Source: a bacterium
Lineage (GTDB): Bacteria > Patescibacteriota > Minisyncoccia > Phycocordibacterales > UBA6899
Reading direction: 5' to 3'
Length of the DNA stretch: 64,000 nt
NCBI GenBank assembly: GCA_043756865.1
Contig: JAYUQG010000030.1
Coordinates: 30,703 to 94,702 of the forward strand
Shown here in pieces: positions 1 to 9,472 of the stretch. Each line of letters begins with the position of its first letter. Position 1 is the stretch's first letter. The notes beneath the pieces are model-generated. The model saw nothing but the letters and a program-made list of their open reading frames with translations, searched no databases and had not been told where the DNA came from. A program made the position numbers and the translations under genes.

Positions 1-129
1 CCCGATGGACACAATCAGCATAATGGCGGTAATACCTATCACAATACCGAGAACCGTAAGCCCAGAACGCACGCGGTTCGCCTGTACTGCGCGATATGCT
101 GTTTTTGTTGTGTAGTAGAAGGATGCCAT
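1..129 (-). CDS. ABC transporter permease (MacB/FtsX family), N-terminal fragment; the gene continues beyond the window start
   Basis: A minus-strand ATG at 129..127 translates to MASFYYTTKTAYRAVQANRVRSGLTVLGIVIGITAIMLIVSIG, the canonical N-terminal TM1 segment of MacB/FtsX permeases. It begins 10 bp after the stop of the ABC ATPase gene, consistent with an operon. Confidence 0.6.
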   Translation of the reverse strand, partial: MASFYYTTKTAYRAVQANRVRSGLTVLGIVIGITAIMLIVSIG

Positions 130-139
130 AGTGTAGTGT

Positions 140-838
140 CTATAATTCTGGAATATGCTTTGCTTCGCCACGCCAAAAAATTGCCCCGTCTTTCATCATG
201 ATTGCTTTGTCTGCGCGCTTTGCTAAGTTGCGGTCGTGGGTAATCAACACAACAGTCTTGCCGCTCGCATGCAGTGACTCAAGCGTTTCCATTACGACCA
301 TCCCAGAATTCGAATCAAGATTCCCCGTTGGTTCATCCGCAAAAAGTATTTCAGGGTCTGTGACGAGTGCGCGAGCAATCGCAACGCGTTGCTTCTCCCC
401 CCCAGAAAGCTGAGCAGGCTCGTGCATCAAACGGTGAGTGAGGCCAACCAAATCTAAGCTTTTTTTGGCACGCTCATCCCATTCCTTGGGATTTATCTGC
501 GAATACGCGAGCGGAAGTTTTACGTTCTCAAGTACGGACGTACGTGGCAGCAAATTAAATGACTGGAAAACGAAGCTCATTACTTCGTTGCGCTGACGAG
601 CGAGTTCTTCTTCGGAAAATCCGCGAGTTTCTTTTCCATTGAGTAGATACAATCCGGTCGAATAATCATCGAGCAGTCCGAGAATCTGGAGTAAGGTAGA
701 TTTGCCCGAACCGGACGCACCGACAATGGCGAGAAAGTCCCCCTTCTCAATACTGAGGTCTACTTCGCGAAGTGCAATAGTGGGTGCATCTGTAGGAGGA
801 TAAATCTTGCCGAGCTGTGTAATTGAAATCAGCGACAT
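140..838 (-). CDS. ABC transporter ATP-binding protein (MacB/LolD-type efflux ATPase)
   Basis: 232-aa ORF with Walker A GASGSGKST, ABC signature LSGGEKQR and Walker B ILFADEP; typical MacB-type ATPase. Confidence 0.9.
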   Translation of the reverse strand: MSLISITQLGKIYPPTDAPTIALREVDLSIEKGDFLAIVGASGSGKSTLLQILGLLDDYSTGLYLLNGKETRGFSEEELARQRNEVMSFVFQSFNLLPRTSVLENVKLPLAYSQINPKEWDERAKKSLDLVGLTHRLMHEPAQLSGGEKQRVAIARALVTDPEILFADEPTGNLDSNSGMVVMETLESLHASGKTVVLITHDRNLAKRADKAIMMKDGAIFWRGEAKHIPEL

Positions 839-846
839 GGTGCATT

Positions 847-2409
847 CTATTTGGGTGTGAATGTCACAATGGTCTCCCCTTCACTTAGTCCACTCATAAC
901 CTCTATCGAACCGTCCGAGCCCCGAAGACCTACAGTGACCTCTTTTTCCGACACTGCGAGGCCATTAGGAATCCTGACGTACTTTTTTCCGTCCCGAGTA
1001 ATCACCGTACGTGCTGAGACATAAATAACGTCGCTTCGCTCGTCAGTTGAAATATCAATATTGGCGGTCATGCCTGAACGAATGCGCCCGTCCTGAGTAT
1101 TGAAACGCAGCGTAACCTTGTATGTCGACACGCCTCCAATTATTGTCTCTGCGGGATCAAGCGATGCAACACTCGCGGGAAACATCGTGTCGGCACCATA
1201 TGCGTCGAGCGTCACTTGAGCATTATCTCCCACGGTGATTTTCGCCACATCAACTTCGGGGATATTTGCGGTAATCTTAAACGCCCCGTCACTCATCAGC
1301 GAAACGAGGGGCTGATTTGGCGCCACGGTCTCACCGAGCTTTGCGTCTTGTTTCGTTATCACACCTGAAAACGGTGCAAGTAAAACCCCTTTTGCTATTT
1401 GAGCATCATAGTTCACGATCTGTGCTCGGACCGATGCGATTTTGGCTTCCTGCGCACTCAGCGCATCCTCTGTTGGGCCGGCTTTCTTGAGCGCAAGATC
1501 TGCATCCGCAATGCGCAGTGCCGCAAATGCACTGCGATAGGATTGTTCGGCTGCGAGGAGGGCGGTGAGTGCGGCATTCATGTTGGTTCGTGCATGCGAA
1601 ACATCCAGCTTCCACGAGTCTATTGTTGCCTGTGTGTATGCCGAAGAAACATTGAGCGAGTTAACCGCAAATGCTAAATCATCGAGATGCTCCTTGAGGT
1701 GGCTAAAATAGGTCTTGTGTGCCGATATATATGTTTCAAAAGTAGTTCTTCGAAATGTGAGAAGTGTTTCCTGCTCGCCCGTGAGTCCAAGTCTTCATCC
1801 TTCGATGGTTGTCGTCAATTTAAAGTCAGCAACCGTAAAATTAAGTTTGGGGTTGCCTGTACGCGGGTTATCAAAAAAACGGTCTGTTTTCGTAAAGAGA
1901 CTCTCTTCTGAGACAGCGATTGCATTCTCCAGTTTGTCCTCGAGGGTAAGCTTCGCATCCGCCACCACCGAAGCGGCACTTACCTGCCTCGCTTCTGATA
2001 TGGCAACATCCTCTGGTCGTGAGCCTTTTTTAATTTCGTTTAAACGTATAAGCTCATACTCAAGGTTCGCTTTTGCTTGGCCTCGCAATGCAGCAATTTC
2101 ACTTATATCTAAACGCACAAGCGTGTCGCCCCTGCGTACGCGCGCGCCGACAGGACGAGGTTCGGAGGACACCCGCCCAGAGCGTTCGAATGAGAGGGCG
2201 ACTTCTGATTCAGATTCCACACGGCCTGTCACCGAGACAACTTGCACTACTTTCCCTTTTTGCACTACTGCCGTGTCATACGAGGGTGCAACTTCACGCT
2301 GTGTGTAATAGACCCCTCCGCCCACCAATCCAACAAGGATAAGGGTAAGAAATTTATGCTGACCGAGGCGAGTAAAAAGTGCGTTCATATATACATTATG
2401 CCACAACAT
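847..2409 (-). pseudogene. HlyD/MacA-family periplasmic adaptor (membrane fusion protein) interrupted by a single in-frame TGA at 1795..1797
   Basis: ORFs 1795..2409 (N-terminal TM anchor and coiled coil) and 847..1581 (beta-barrel and MP domain) are in the same frame. I translated the 71 intervening codons by hand and found no other stop, giving ...TTIEG*RLGLTGEQETLLTF...SHARTNMNAAL.... There is no SD before the Met at 1581. TGA is used as a genuine stop elsewhere in the window (4443, 17934, 20904, 23155). Confidence 0.6.
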
Positions 2410-2444
2410 ATCTGATAAATAAATCAGCGGAGTGTGGCGATTCG

Positions 2445-3260
2445 CTAGCTATTCAAAAAGGTGGCGATGCGCGTACGAAGTCTTTTGTCGAGCATAAATG
2501 AGCTCGAAAGGTGTCCGCCTGTCTTGTACTCCGCGTATGTTGCGCGAATCATCTTTGCGAGTTTTTTTGTTGGGAGATAGGAAACGGAAGGGTCGTCTTT
2601 AGCATGCACCAGAAAAATCTTTTTGCCGTTTAATTTGTGCACCCAGTCAATCGGGTTATAAAATCGTTTCCTGAGTAGTTTCTTAAAGTTTTTTGCTTGT
2701 GTACGATATGCTCCTGGAAATCCCGCGGTTAATTGATACACAAACTCTTCAAACGGCTCGGCCTTTGTCTCAATACTCCAATCTACAACAGGAGCGACTG
2801 CGACAACTTTTGTTACCAGCGGATTTCGTGCTGCAAGTATCGCCGCAGCGCCGCCAAAGCTCGCTCCAACCACAACCACTTCGTGAAGTTCCAAGAAATA
2901 CGTTATTCCTGAATACACATCTTGAAATCCTTGAGGAATCGCAGAAATAACGTCGTCGACATCTTGCGCGGGGCTATACTTCAAAAACTCACCTTGTGAT
3001 TCCCATGTCCCTCGGTAGCGCATATGAAAAACCCAATACCCTTTGCGCACAAAATATTCCGCAAGCTTGCGCTTCGCGGGCATCGCGGGTGCACCGTCAC
3101 AAATGATTATCGCCCTGCCAGATGGCCTACGCGGTATCCAATACTCGGCAATAATCTCTCCACAAAGTAGCGTACGTCCGGATTGTAGTGGTGCTCTAGT
3201 CATGTGCGTGAGGAGACTCAACTGAACAGACGGAACAGGTGTCACAAATGCTTTGGCCAT
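2445..3260 (-). CDS. alpha/beta-hydrolase fold esterase/peptidase (dienelactone-hydrolase or prolyl-oligopeptidase-like)
   Basis: GxSxG nucleophile elbow VVVGASFGGAAA plus the downstream Asp/His region. The ORF track starts at a TTG at 3323; I prefer the ATG at 3260 (MAKAFV..., GGAAGG SD 13 nt upstream). An alternative ATG lies at 3203. The gene overlaps the 3' end of NDH-2. Confidence 0.55.
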   Translation of the reverse strand: MAKAFVTPVPSVQLSLLTHMTRAPLQSGRTLLCGEIIAEYWIPRRPSGRAIIICDGAPAMPAKRKLAEYFVRKGYWVFHMRYRGTWESQGEFLKYSPAQDVDDVISAIPQGFQDVYSGITYFLELHEVVVVGASFGGAAAILAARNPLVTKVVAVAPVVDWSIETKAEPFEEFVYQLTAGFPGAYRTQAKNFKKLLRKRFYNPIDWVHKLNGKKIFLVHAKDDPSVSYLPTKKLAKMIRATYAEYKTGGHLSSSFMLDKRLRTRIATFLNS

Positions 3261-4446
3261 TCTTGAAGGCCTTCCATGCTTTCGGAAATGGGAGTATCGC
3301 CATAAATATGTGCAGGTCTTCAAGGCGGCGGAGCCACCACCCGATGCGTCCGTAAAATTTCATTCCACCCCAAAGCACGCCCGCCCACTCGGGGCCTGCA
3401 GGAATTGCATTAATCGGCATCGTCGGGGCGTATGCAGGAAGTGCCGTGTCCGTCAGAATCGTGCGTGCAATCACCTCTCCTGCGTGCTTGCCATCGTACA
3501 TGGCAGTTTGTGCCCAGCCGGAGAATTTTGTCGCTGCGCCATCGCCAACAACAAACACCTGTGGGGTATCCTTGAGGCGAAGATGCTCGTCTACTTCCAC
3601 CTTGCCACGCTTATCTATAGGGAGTTTCCAGTTCTCGTAATGCATATTTGCGCGTACACCGGCAGTCCAAATAACTGTACGTGCCCGCATCTTCATGTCT
3701 TTGAGAAACACCTCTTCACATTCTGCACGCTCAATTGAGCGATTGAGGAAAATATTGATACCGAGGCCACGCAAATGATGCTCAATGCGGTCGGTGAATT
3801 CCTTTGGGAGTGCAGGGAGAATCTTCGGTGCTCCTTCGATAAGTTCGACAGAAACGAGTGCTGGGTCGATACCGTATTCATTCGCAAGTGCGCGTGCGTA
3901 TACAATGAGCTGCCCCGCCATTTCTACACCTGTCGCGCCTGCCCCGATGACCACAAAATGTGCGTCACAAATCTGCTCGACTTTGTTAGTGAAATCTATT
4001 TTGCAGGTGAGCAGCGTTTCGGTAATATGCTGTTTCAGTCTCAATGCTTCGGTAATCGACTTCATACCATAGGAATACTCCTTCAAGCCGGGAATATTAA
4101 AATAGTTTGTCTCGGAGCCAAGTCCGAGAATTAGATAGTCATAGTGATACCGAGAGCCGGATGAGCCAACAAGGGTCTGATTTTCTCTTTGTAGTTCAGT
4201 AATGCGATCTTCAATTACTTCGACATGCTTTCCTTCAAAAATCTCGCGCAGTGGGATGCATACTTCGAGCGGTGAGCTTCCTGTGACAAGGCGATAGAGC
4301 GCGGCGTGGTATTCAAAGTGCGGCTTATCTGCGACAAGAACAATCTTTGTATTAGAAAGCCGCTTCTTTTCGAGATGGAGTGCGGCGGTAATACCTGCAA
4401 ATCCTCCCCCGGCAATAACGATGCGCTTTTGTGTGTCAGTTGTCAT
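3196..4446 (-). CDS. ndh: type II NADH dehydrogenase (NDH-2), FAD-dependent pyridine nucleotide-disulfide oxidoreductase
   Basis: 416 aa. N-terminal dinucleotide-binding motif IVIAGGGFAGI, a second Rossmann motif VVIGAGATGVE, and an overall NDH-2 architecture. Confidence 0.8.
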   Translation of the reverse strand: MTTDTQKRIVIAGGGFAGITAALHLEKKRLSNTKIVLVADKPHFEYHAALYRLVTGSSPLEVCIPLREIFEGKHVEVIEDRITELQRENQTLVGSSGSRYHYDYLILGLGSETNYFNIPGLKEYSYGMKSITEALRLKQHITETLLTCKIDFTNKVEQICDAHFVVIGAGATGVEMAGQLIVYARALANEYGIDPALVSVELIEGAPKILPALPKEFTDRIEHHLRGLGINIFLNRSIERAECEEVFLKDMKMRARTVIWTAGVRANMHYENWKLPIDKRGKVEVDEHLRLKDTPQVFVVGDGAATKFSGWAQTAMYDGKHAGEVIARTILTDTALPAYAPTMPINAIPAGPEWAGVLWGGMKFYGRIGWWLRRLEDLHIFMAILPFPKAWKAFKNGQSICDTCSVCSVESPHAHD

Positions 4447-4988
4447 TGTGTGCGTCGCATTCCTGCGTACATCACAATGATAATCCAGATAAATGCATTC
4501 AGAGCGATCATGGGAATTGTAATGTAGCCGTATTCGAGCATATATATTTTATCACAAGATGGAAGCAAGGAGACGGCCGGACAAGGGATATTAACGTCCC
4601 CATAGAGTGCAAGCATGTCTTTTATCCATTGATAGAGCGCGACTCCCCCGCCGAGCACCGAAAGGAGGAGTGCGTACACCATAATCATGCGTTCCTTGCG
4701 CCAGAGTGCGAGACCAAAAAGAAACATCTGCGGATACATAAAAATGCGCTGTATCCAACAAAGGATGCATGCGGGAAAGCCAACAACTTCAGAGTAAATT
4801 AAGCTGCCTATGGTGGAGCCTCCTGAAATGAACAACCCAAGCCAAAGAGACCACTTCCCAAGAAAGGCCATGGCGCGATCATGTAGCGGGCGGGACAACA
4901 CGTATGACAACAAAAATGCTAGAGCGAAGACATTCCCGAAGAGTGTCGTTAGCGCAAGTGCTTTTGTAAAAAGATATGGTATGTCCAT
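4443..4988 (-). CDS. dsbB: DsbB-like disulfide bond formation protein (membrane thiol oxidase)
   Basis: 181 aa, 4 predicted TM helices. CxxC in the first periplasmic loop (ACILCWIQR, compare E. coli DsbB CVLCIYER) and a second Cys pair CPAVSLLPSC in the second loop. Confidence 0.65.
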   Translation of the reverse strand: MDIPYLFTKALALTTLFGNVFALAFLLSYVLSRPLHDRAMAFLGKWSLWLGLFISGGSTIGSLIYSEVVGFPACILCWIQRIFMYPQMFLFGLALWRKERMIMVYALLLSVLGGGVALYQWIKDMLALYGDVNIPCPAVSLLPSCDKIYMLEYGYITIPMIALNAFIWIIIVMYAGMRRTQ

Positions 4989-4995
4989 ACCGCTA

Positions 4996-5490
4996 TTAAA
5001 TGGGGCTGGGTACAGTCATATCAGGAGCAGCCTCGAGTGGAACTGTGGCACTTGTCGAAGCGGTGACTGAGGTGCCGTCAGTCGGCTTGGTGGGGTCTGC
5101 GCACCCGCTTTTTTCTGCAAGCGTACTGAATGTCTGCACACCGGTTGTCCTTGTCCCATCTTTGAATTCCCATGTTGGATAGCTTTCTACCTTCTTGCTC
5201 GCGCAGACCGCATTCTGTCCTTTCCCGTCAGCGGTCGAACACTCAACATACGGCAGCACGGAAACGGCTGAACCAAAATTTTCCTTTTGTTGTTTGCAAT
5301 GTACACACCAAAATGCGCCATAAAATGTCGCACCGCTGTCCTTCAAACACTGCGCGAGCGGAAGTGCACCCTCTGGCGCATTCTTCGATGAGGCACCTCC
5401 CGAAGTTGTGCCGCCGCTCAGCGCGAACATAATCCCTCCTACAATAAGAAGTAATAATACTACTCCACCGATGATTCCTTTGTCATTCAT
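4996..5490 (-). CDS. membrane-anchored thioredoxin-fold protein (DsbA/BdbA-like thiol-disulfide oxidoreductase)
   Basis: N-terminal TM or signal anchor and a CxxC active site FWCVHCK; immediately adjacent to the DsbB-like gene. Confidence 0.6.
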   Translation of the reverse strand: MNDKGIIGGVVLLLLIVGGIMFALSGGTTSGGASSKNAPEGALPLAQCLKDSGATFYGAFWCVHCKQQKENFGSAVSVLPYVECSTADGKGQNAVCASKKVESYPTWEFKDGTRTTGVQTFSTLAEKSGCADPTKPTDGTSVTASTSATVPLEAAPDMTVPSPI

Positions 5491-5510
5491 ATAGATTGGT
5501 AAATCCTTAA

Positions 5511-6557
5511 TTAATCAAGTTTATGCTTAAATACCACATCTCCCTTTTTCTCATGTGCAAGAAAGTTAAAGAATTGCTTCTCATTCAAGAAAGAACGATC
5601 GTAATAGTATATCAAAAACGGACTTGCAAGTTTCGAAGGATAGATAATCCACGCTTCTTTGTTCGTCTCATGTGCCTCACGCAACTCGTTCACCACCCCT
5701 GGACTGGCAGTGGGCTTAGGAAAGAACACAATAATTCTTTTTGATTGATGCAAGAGTATGTCGAGGTCAACTTTTACCGTTTGATATGTATTTGTGTACT
5801 CTGTATGATTTTTCTTTGAAAGCACCTGATTGGTGTCGGGGAATTTCCCCTTGGTAATCATTGGCACAAACACGACAAAGTACTCTTCAAGTTTCTTGAT
5901 AAAGTTATCAATTTTTTTTCTGTTTGGGCCATCCATCATGTGGGTCATCGGCATCGATATGTAGGTGGAATCCATTTCAGGGATAAATGCAAGCTTGAAA
6001 AGCGTGCACATGCGCTGTTTGTCGTAAAACCCATAGTATGGGCACTTCGAAAGTTCCGCCCACGTGGGGATTACTTCTGTCTCTACGTTCTGCCAGAGCG
6101 AAACCTCGGATTCGGTAAGGCGCTCGCGTTTCCACTGATCACGAGTACTAAGCTCCTGCACAATATCTACAGGATCACGCATAATGGTGATAAACATATC
6201 AGGCTTAAATCGCGTGATGAAATGGTGGTCGAATGAATGATGAAATGTTTTTTTCCAATAAAAAAACCCGTGGATTGAAACAACGATCAAATCGTAATTT
6301 TTATGATCATCCTTAAAACCTCGTAGCACACTTTCGTACACCCCACTGCGCAGTGCCTGCATCGTATGCTTATTGGTATTCAAAATATTCTTGGGAGTAA
6401 TATTCAGTCCATCACGCTTTGCGCGTTCAAGCATAAGTTGCCCCACATGATATACCTTTACTTTTTTTCCTAACTTTTTTGAATACTCAGCAAACCTGTC
6501 AAGATATTCTTTTCTTCCCGACCCTGATATCCCCGTACAAATGATGACTTTAGCCAT
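5511..6557 (-). CDS. P-loop kinase-like protein (adenylate/nucleoside-kinase-like N-terminus) with a C-terminal domain of unknown function
   Basis: Walker A CTGISGSGRKEY at the N-terminus. The C-terminal half has an SPGVVNELREA motif faintly reminiscent of nucleoside 2-deoxyribosyltransferase-like folds. No confident family assignment. Confidence 0.45.
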   Translation of the reverse strand: MAKVIICTGISGSGRKEYLDRFAEYSKKLGKKVKVYHVGQLMLERAKRDGLNITPKNILNTNKHTMQALRSGVYESVLRGFKDDHKNYDLIVVSIHGFFYWKKTFHHSFDHHFITRFKPDMFITIMRDPVDIVQELSTRDQWKRERLTESEVSLWQNVETEVIPTWAELSKCPYYGFYDKQRMCTLFKLAFIPEMDSTYISMPMTHMMDGPNRKKIDNFIKKLEEYFVVFVPMITKGKFPDTNQVLSKKNHTEYTNTYQTVKVDLDILLHQSKRIIVFFPKPTASPGVVNELREAHETNKEAWIIYPSKLASPFLIYYYDRSFLNEKQFFNFLAHEKKGDVVFKHKLD

Positions 6558-6788
6558 ATGTATTCAGCGTATACCAAAGGTTGGAGCGGGTCAAAAAATC
6601 TCCCAATACTTTATTGCAAATGCGCATTTCCGTCTCTGTGCGCACGTTCAATTTTCCAAAACTTCATAATTCCTTACGATATTGTGGAGCCAGCGGGCAC
6701 TCAAACTTGTCACATAGCACATAAACACAACATTAAATATTTAGTGTCAAATCTACCAATTTTTATAAGCATGATATACTTTAAACCT

Positions 6789-7175
6789 ATGGCAGAACAC
6801 AAAATACTTATCGTTGAAGACAGCGAATCACTCCGCAAAGTCCTTTCAGAAAAGCTCCGTGATGAAAAATTTGAGGTCATTGAAGCAAGTGGGGGCGAAG
6901 ATGGCGCGAAGACTGCTGAGACTGCACGCCCCGACATGATCATCACCGATATTGTGATGTTCCCTGTTGATGGACTCGAGATGGCAAAACAAATCCGACA
7001 GTCAGGAACGTGGGGGGCGGGAGTGCACATTATTGCCCTCACAAACCAAAACAGTGCAGAAGAGGAGCAGCGACTCGCCGGACTCAATCTTACTGCATAT
7101 CTCGTCAAAGCAGAGACTGGTCTTGATGAAGTAGTAAAACATGTAAAGGAGGTGCTCAAGGAAAAAAAGAAATAA
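6789..7175 (+). CDS. stand-alone response regulator receiver domain (CheY-like)
   Basis: Start moved to the ATG at 6789 (MAEHKILIVEDSE...). Has the acidic pocket DD, the phospho-acceptor Asp in MIITDIVMP-like context, and a conserved Thr/Lys; 128 aa with no output domain. Confidence 0.8.
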   Translation: MAEHKILIVEDSESLRKVLSEKLRDEKFEVIEASGGEDGAKTAETARPDMIITDIVMFPVDGLEMAKQIRQSGTWGAGVHIIALTNQNSAEEEQRLAGLNLTAYLVKAETGLDEVVKHVKEVLKEKKK

Positions 7176-7182
7176 CCACCGT

Positions 7183-7572
7183 ATGGAAAAAGACAAAAAA
7201 ACCATTCTTATTGTTGAAGATGACCTTGCACTCCGAAAGGTGCTCGTTGACAAACTCACCGATGAAGGGTTTGACGTACTGGAAGCACAAGATGGAATAC
7301 AAGGACTCAAACAGGCGACCGAAAAACATCCTGAGCTTATTTTGCTTGATATTTTTATGCCAAACATGGATGGAATCACCATGCTCTCCAAACTAAGAAG
7401 TCTCGATGCGTGGGGAAAACACATCTCTGTTATTGTGCTCACCAACTCCACAGACGCACAAACAATTGCAAAAGTCTCAGGGTTTGGTGGAACTGACTTT
7501 CTTATAAAATCTGAGTGGTCTCTCGAAGCACTCGTTGCGAGAATTCGAGAACGCCTAGCTCCGCACGAGTAA
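7183..7572 (+). CDS. stand-alone response regulator receiver domain (CheY-like), tandem paralog
   Basis: 129 aa, ILIVEDD...LILLDIFMPNMDG...VIVLTN...K; 8 bp after the previous receiver gene. Confidence 0.85.
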   Translation: MEKDKKTILIVEDDLALRKVLVDKLTDEGFDVLEAQDGIQGLKQATEKHPELILLDIFMPNMDGITMLSKLRSLDAWGKHISVIVLTNSTDAQTIAKVSGFGGTDFLIKSEWSLEALVARIRERLAPHE

Positions 7573-7595
7573 GAGGGGGATTCCATTCACCCCCC

Positions 7596-8093
7596 ATGAA
7601 CTACTGGCTAATGAAAAGCGAGCCGCAACCAAATGCGGAAGGTCGCTTATTGCACGACAGACCCGAGGAATATCTTTCTATAGATGACCTTCGTGTTATA
7701 AAACGTGCACCATGGATTGGTGTGCGTGGTTACGCTGCGCGCAATTTCATGCGAGACGATATGCAAATAGGTGACCTTATCATCTTTTACCACTCGAGTG
7801 CATCACCGTCCGGCCCCGCAGGTGTTGCGATGGTCTGCTCTCTATCCTACCCCGACTTTACGCAATTTGATAAGCATTCGAAATATTTTGATATCAAAGC
7901 GACCCCAGAAAAACCTCTATGGTACATGGTTGATGTTGAATTTGTAGAACAATTTGCACGCACCATTTCTCGTGAAGTACTTCGTGCGGTGCCACAGCTC
8001 GCAGACATGAAGCTTTGGAAACAACCTCGACTCTCAATATCAGATATCACAAAAAGTGAATTCGAAAAGATTGTTGCGCTTGGTAAAAATTAA
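7596..8093 (+). CDS. EVE (PUA-like) domain protein
   Basis: MNYWLMKSEPQ... start with the typical EVE N-terminus. 165 aa with IIFYHSS and WYMVDVEF motifs. Confidence 0.6.
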   Translation: MNYWLMKSEPQPNAEGRLLHDRPEEYLSIDDLRVIKRAPWIGVRGYAARNFMRDDMQIGDLIIFYHSSASPSGPAGVAMVCSLSYPDFTQFDKHSKYFDIKATPEKPLWYMVDVEFVEQFARTISREVLRAVPQLADMKLWKQPRLSISDITKSEFEKIVALGKN

Positions 8094-8136
8094 ATCAATA
8101 ACAGCACACTCTGTAGTTGTAATTCAGCAAATTTTT

Positions 8137-8793
8137 CTATTCGGGAACTATTCCAAATTTTTCAACGAGCGTGCACAGGTCTTCAATTGTTTGCTGAAGC
8201 ACCACAGGCTCCACGTAAACGTTGGTCTGCGCATAGTACCTCATAATTTGGGGGTGGCGCACTATAAACTCTCTGCTCATGTGTATTTCTTTTCCTGAAC
8301 GGAAATATGATGACTCTTTAAGAAAATATTTTGAAATTTTTTGAGCCAAATCATCGTTCTGCATGAGCACACTTTCTATGCGCTCCAGAAACTGCTCATC
8401 ACTTGAACCAATGAGTAGATTTACTCCTCCTATCATCAAATTCTTACGATGATTTTTTGCCCGAAGATTCCAGTCAAACTGAAACTTTGTCGCCTCAGCA
8501 TTCGCAATAAGGAATTCAGCTGGGGAACGGACTTTTGCCCACAACACTGGGGTTTTCAGAATAAACCCATATGAGATCGCACCACTGCCTTGAATCTTAT
8601 AATGAAAATCATAGCCACGCGCGCGAAATTGTAATCCAGATTCTAAGCACGAGTAGCTTGCATTAAAATGAGTTTGCAGTTTTTGTAATGCACTCTTTGT
8701 TTGAATACATAAGTACCACATTAATACAAAACCTATGCCGAGTAAAAACATGGCCCCCCATGGTGAAACTAAAAAATCGAGTGTTGCTAGCAT
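8137..8793 (-). CDS. hypothetical membrane-anchored protein
   Basis: 218-aa ORF with an N-terminal hydrophobic helix; no recognised motif. Confidence 0.4.
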   Translation of the reverse strand: MLATLDFLVSPWGAMFLLGIGFVLMWYLCIQTKSALQKLQTHFNASYSCLESGLQFRARGYDFHYKIQGSGAISYGFILKTPVLWAKVRSPAEFLIANAEATKFQFDWNLRAKNHRKNLMIGGVNLLIGSSDEQFLERIESVLMQNDDLAQKISKYFLKESSYFRSGKEIHMSREFIVRHPQIMRYYAQTNVYVEPVVLQQTIEDLCTLVEKFGIVPE

Positions 8794-9024
8794 GGCATAA
8801 TTATTATGATACTGAAATTATACACAAATCTTTCTAGGAGCATAACGCTCAAACAATGCGCAACTTGCAATTTTTTCACAAATGAATAGCCGCGTCTCGT
8901 GAGAGAACGCGGCATCTTCCTTTGGCCCAAACGGGAAAAAGAAACTACAAACAGAACGGGGCTGTTTCAATTCTACACCTAAGTGAGGATAAGCGCAACA
9001 GTGCTTTCGGTGTACAATGTAACC

Positions 9025-9441
9025 ATGATACAGGTTGCAGGTGGAGTAGTATGGAACCCCAAATTGGGCATTGCTGTCGTGAGTCAAAACCACGATTCTT
9101 GGTCACTTCCCAAGGGGCACGTAGAGGACGGAGAAAGCACACTAGAGGCTGCTAGACGCGAAATAGAGGAAGAAACGGGCATTCCCCACACCGCACTGAC
9201 ATTGGTGAGAGAAATCGCTAGTTATGAGCGTGCGCGCATAAAAAGACATCATAAAGATACGCCTGAAATGCGCCATATTACTCTCTTTTTCTTCACCACA
9301 GGCCATGAAACCCTCGCACCAACAGACTCCATTAACCCCGAAGCCCGGTGGGTGGATCCAAAAGATGTCCCCTCTTTTTTGACCCATCCTATTGATAAAA
9401 AAGAATTCGAGCGTATCATTCAGCTAGATTTATTTCGCTAA
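9025..9441 (+). CDS. NUDIX hydrolase
   Basis: Nudix box GHVEDGESTLEAARREIEEETGI (Gx5Ex7REUxEExGU); start taken at MIQVAGGVVWN. Confidence 0.8.
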   Translation: MIQVAGGVVWNPKLGIAVVSQNHDSWSLPKGHVEDGESTLEAARREIEEETGIPHTALTLVREIASYERARIKRHHKDTPEMRHITLFFFTTGHETLAPTDSINPEARWVDPKDVPSFLTHPIDKKEFERIIQLDLFR

Positions 9442-9472
9442 AAAAGGATACCTACAAACGTAGGGAAAAATC

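Noticed and set aside
1795-1797. Alternative genetic code (UGA read as Gly or Trp, codes 25/4) explaining the in-frame TGA in the HlyD gene
   Set aside because: TGA is the terminating codon of several well-delimited genes in the window (for example at 4443, 17934, 20904, 23155) and long ORFs are otherwise uninterrupted, so global UGA reassignment is not supported.
1715-2308. Numerous ORF-track entries lying antisense to or inside long genes (for example 1715..2308, 10922..11254, 11489..11935, 19338..19805, 35672..36064, 55533..56342, 58958..59467)
   Set aside because: They are embedded in the opposite strand of confidently identified genes (HlyD, CopA, the 930-aa protein, HsdR, HsdS). They lack SDs and have skewed, low-complexity composition (Ser/Arg/Ala-rich), typical of shadow ORFs.
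3261-3323. Longer N-terminus for the alpha/beta hydrolase starting at 3323, and long N-terminal extensions of ORFs 23959..25305, 27726..28325 and 58358..59716
   Set aside because: The upstream extensions begin at non-ATG codons and overlap the preceding genes by 60-170 bp. Homology starts at internal ATGs (MAKAFV / MIWKNLL signal peptide / MDPLYQEH SufU start / MKKGWH HsdS start), some with SDs.
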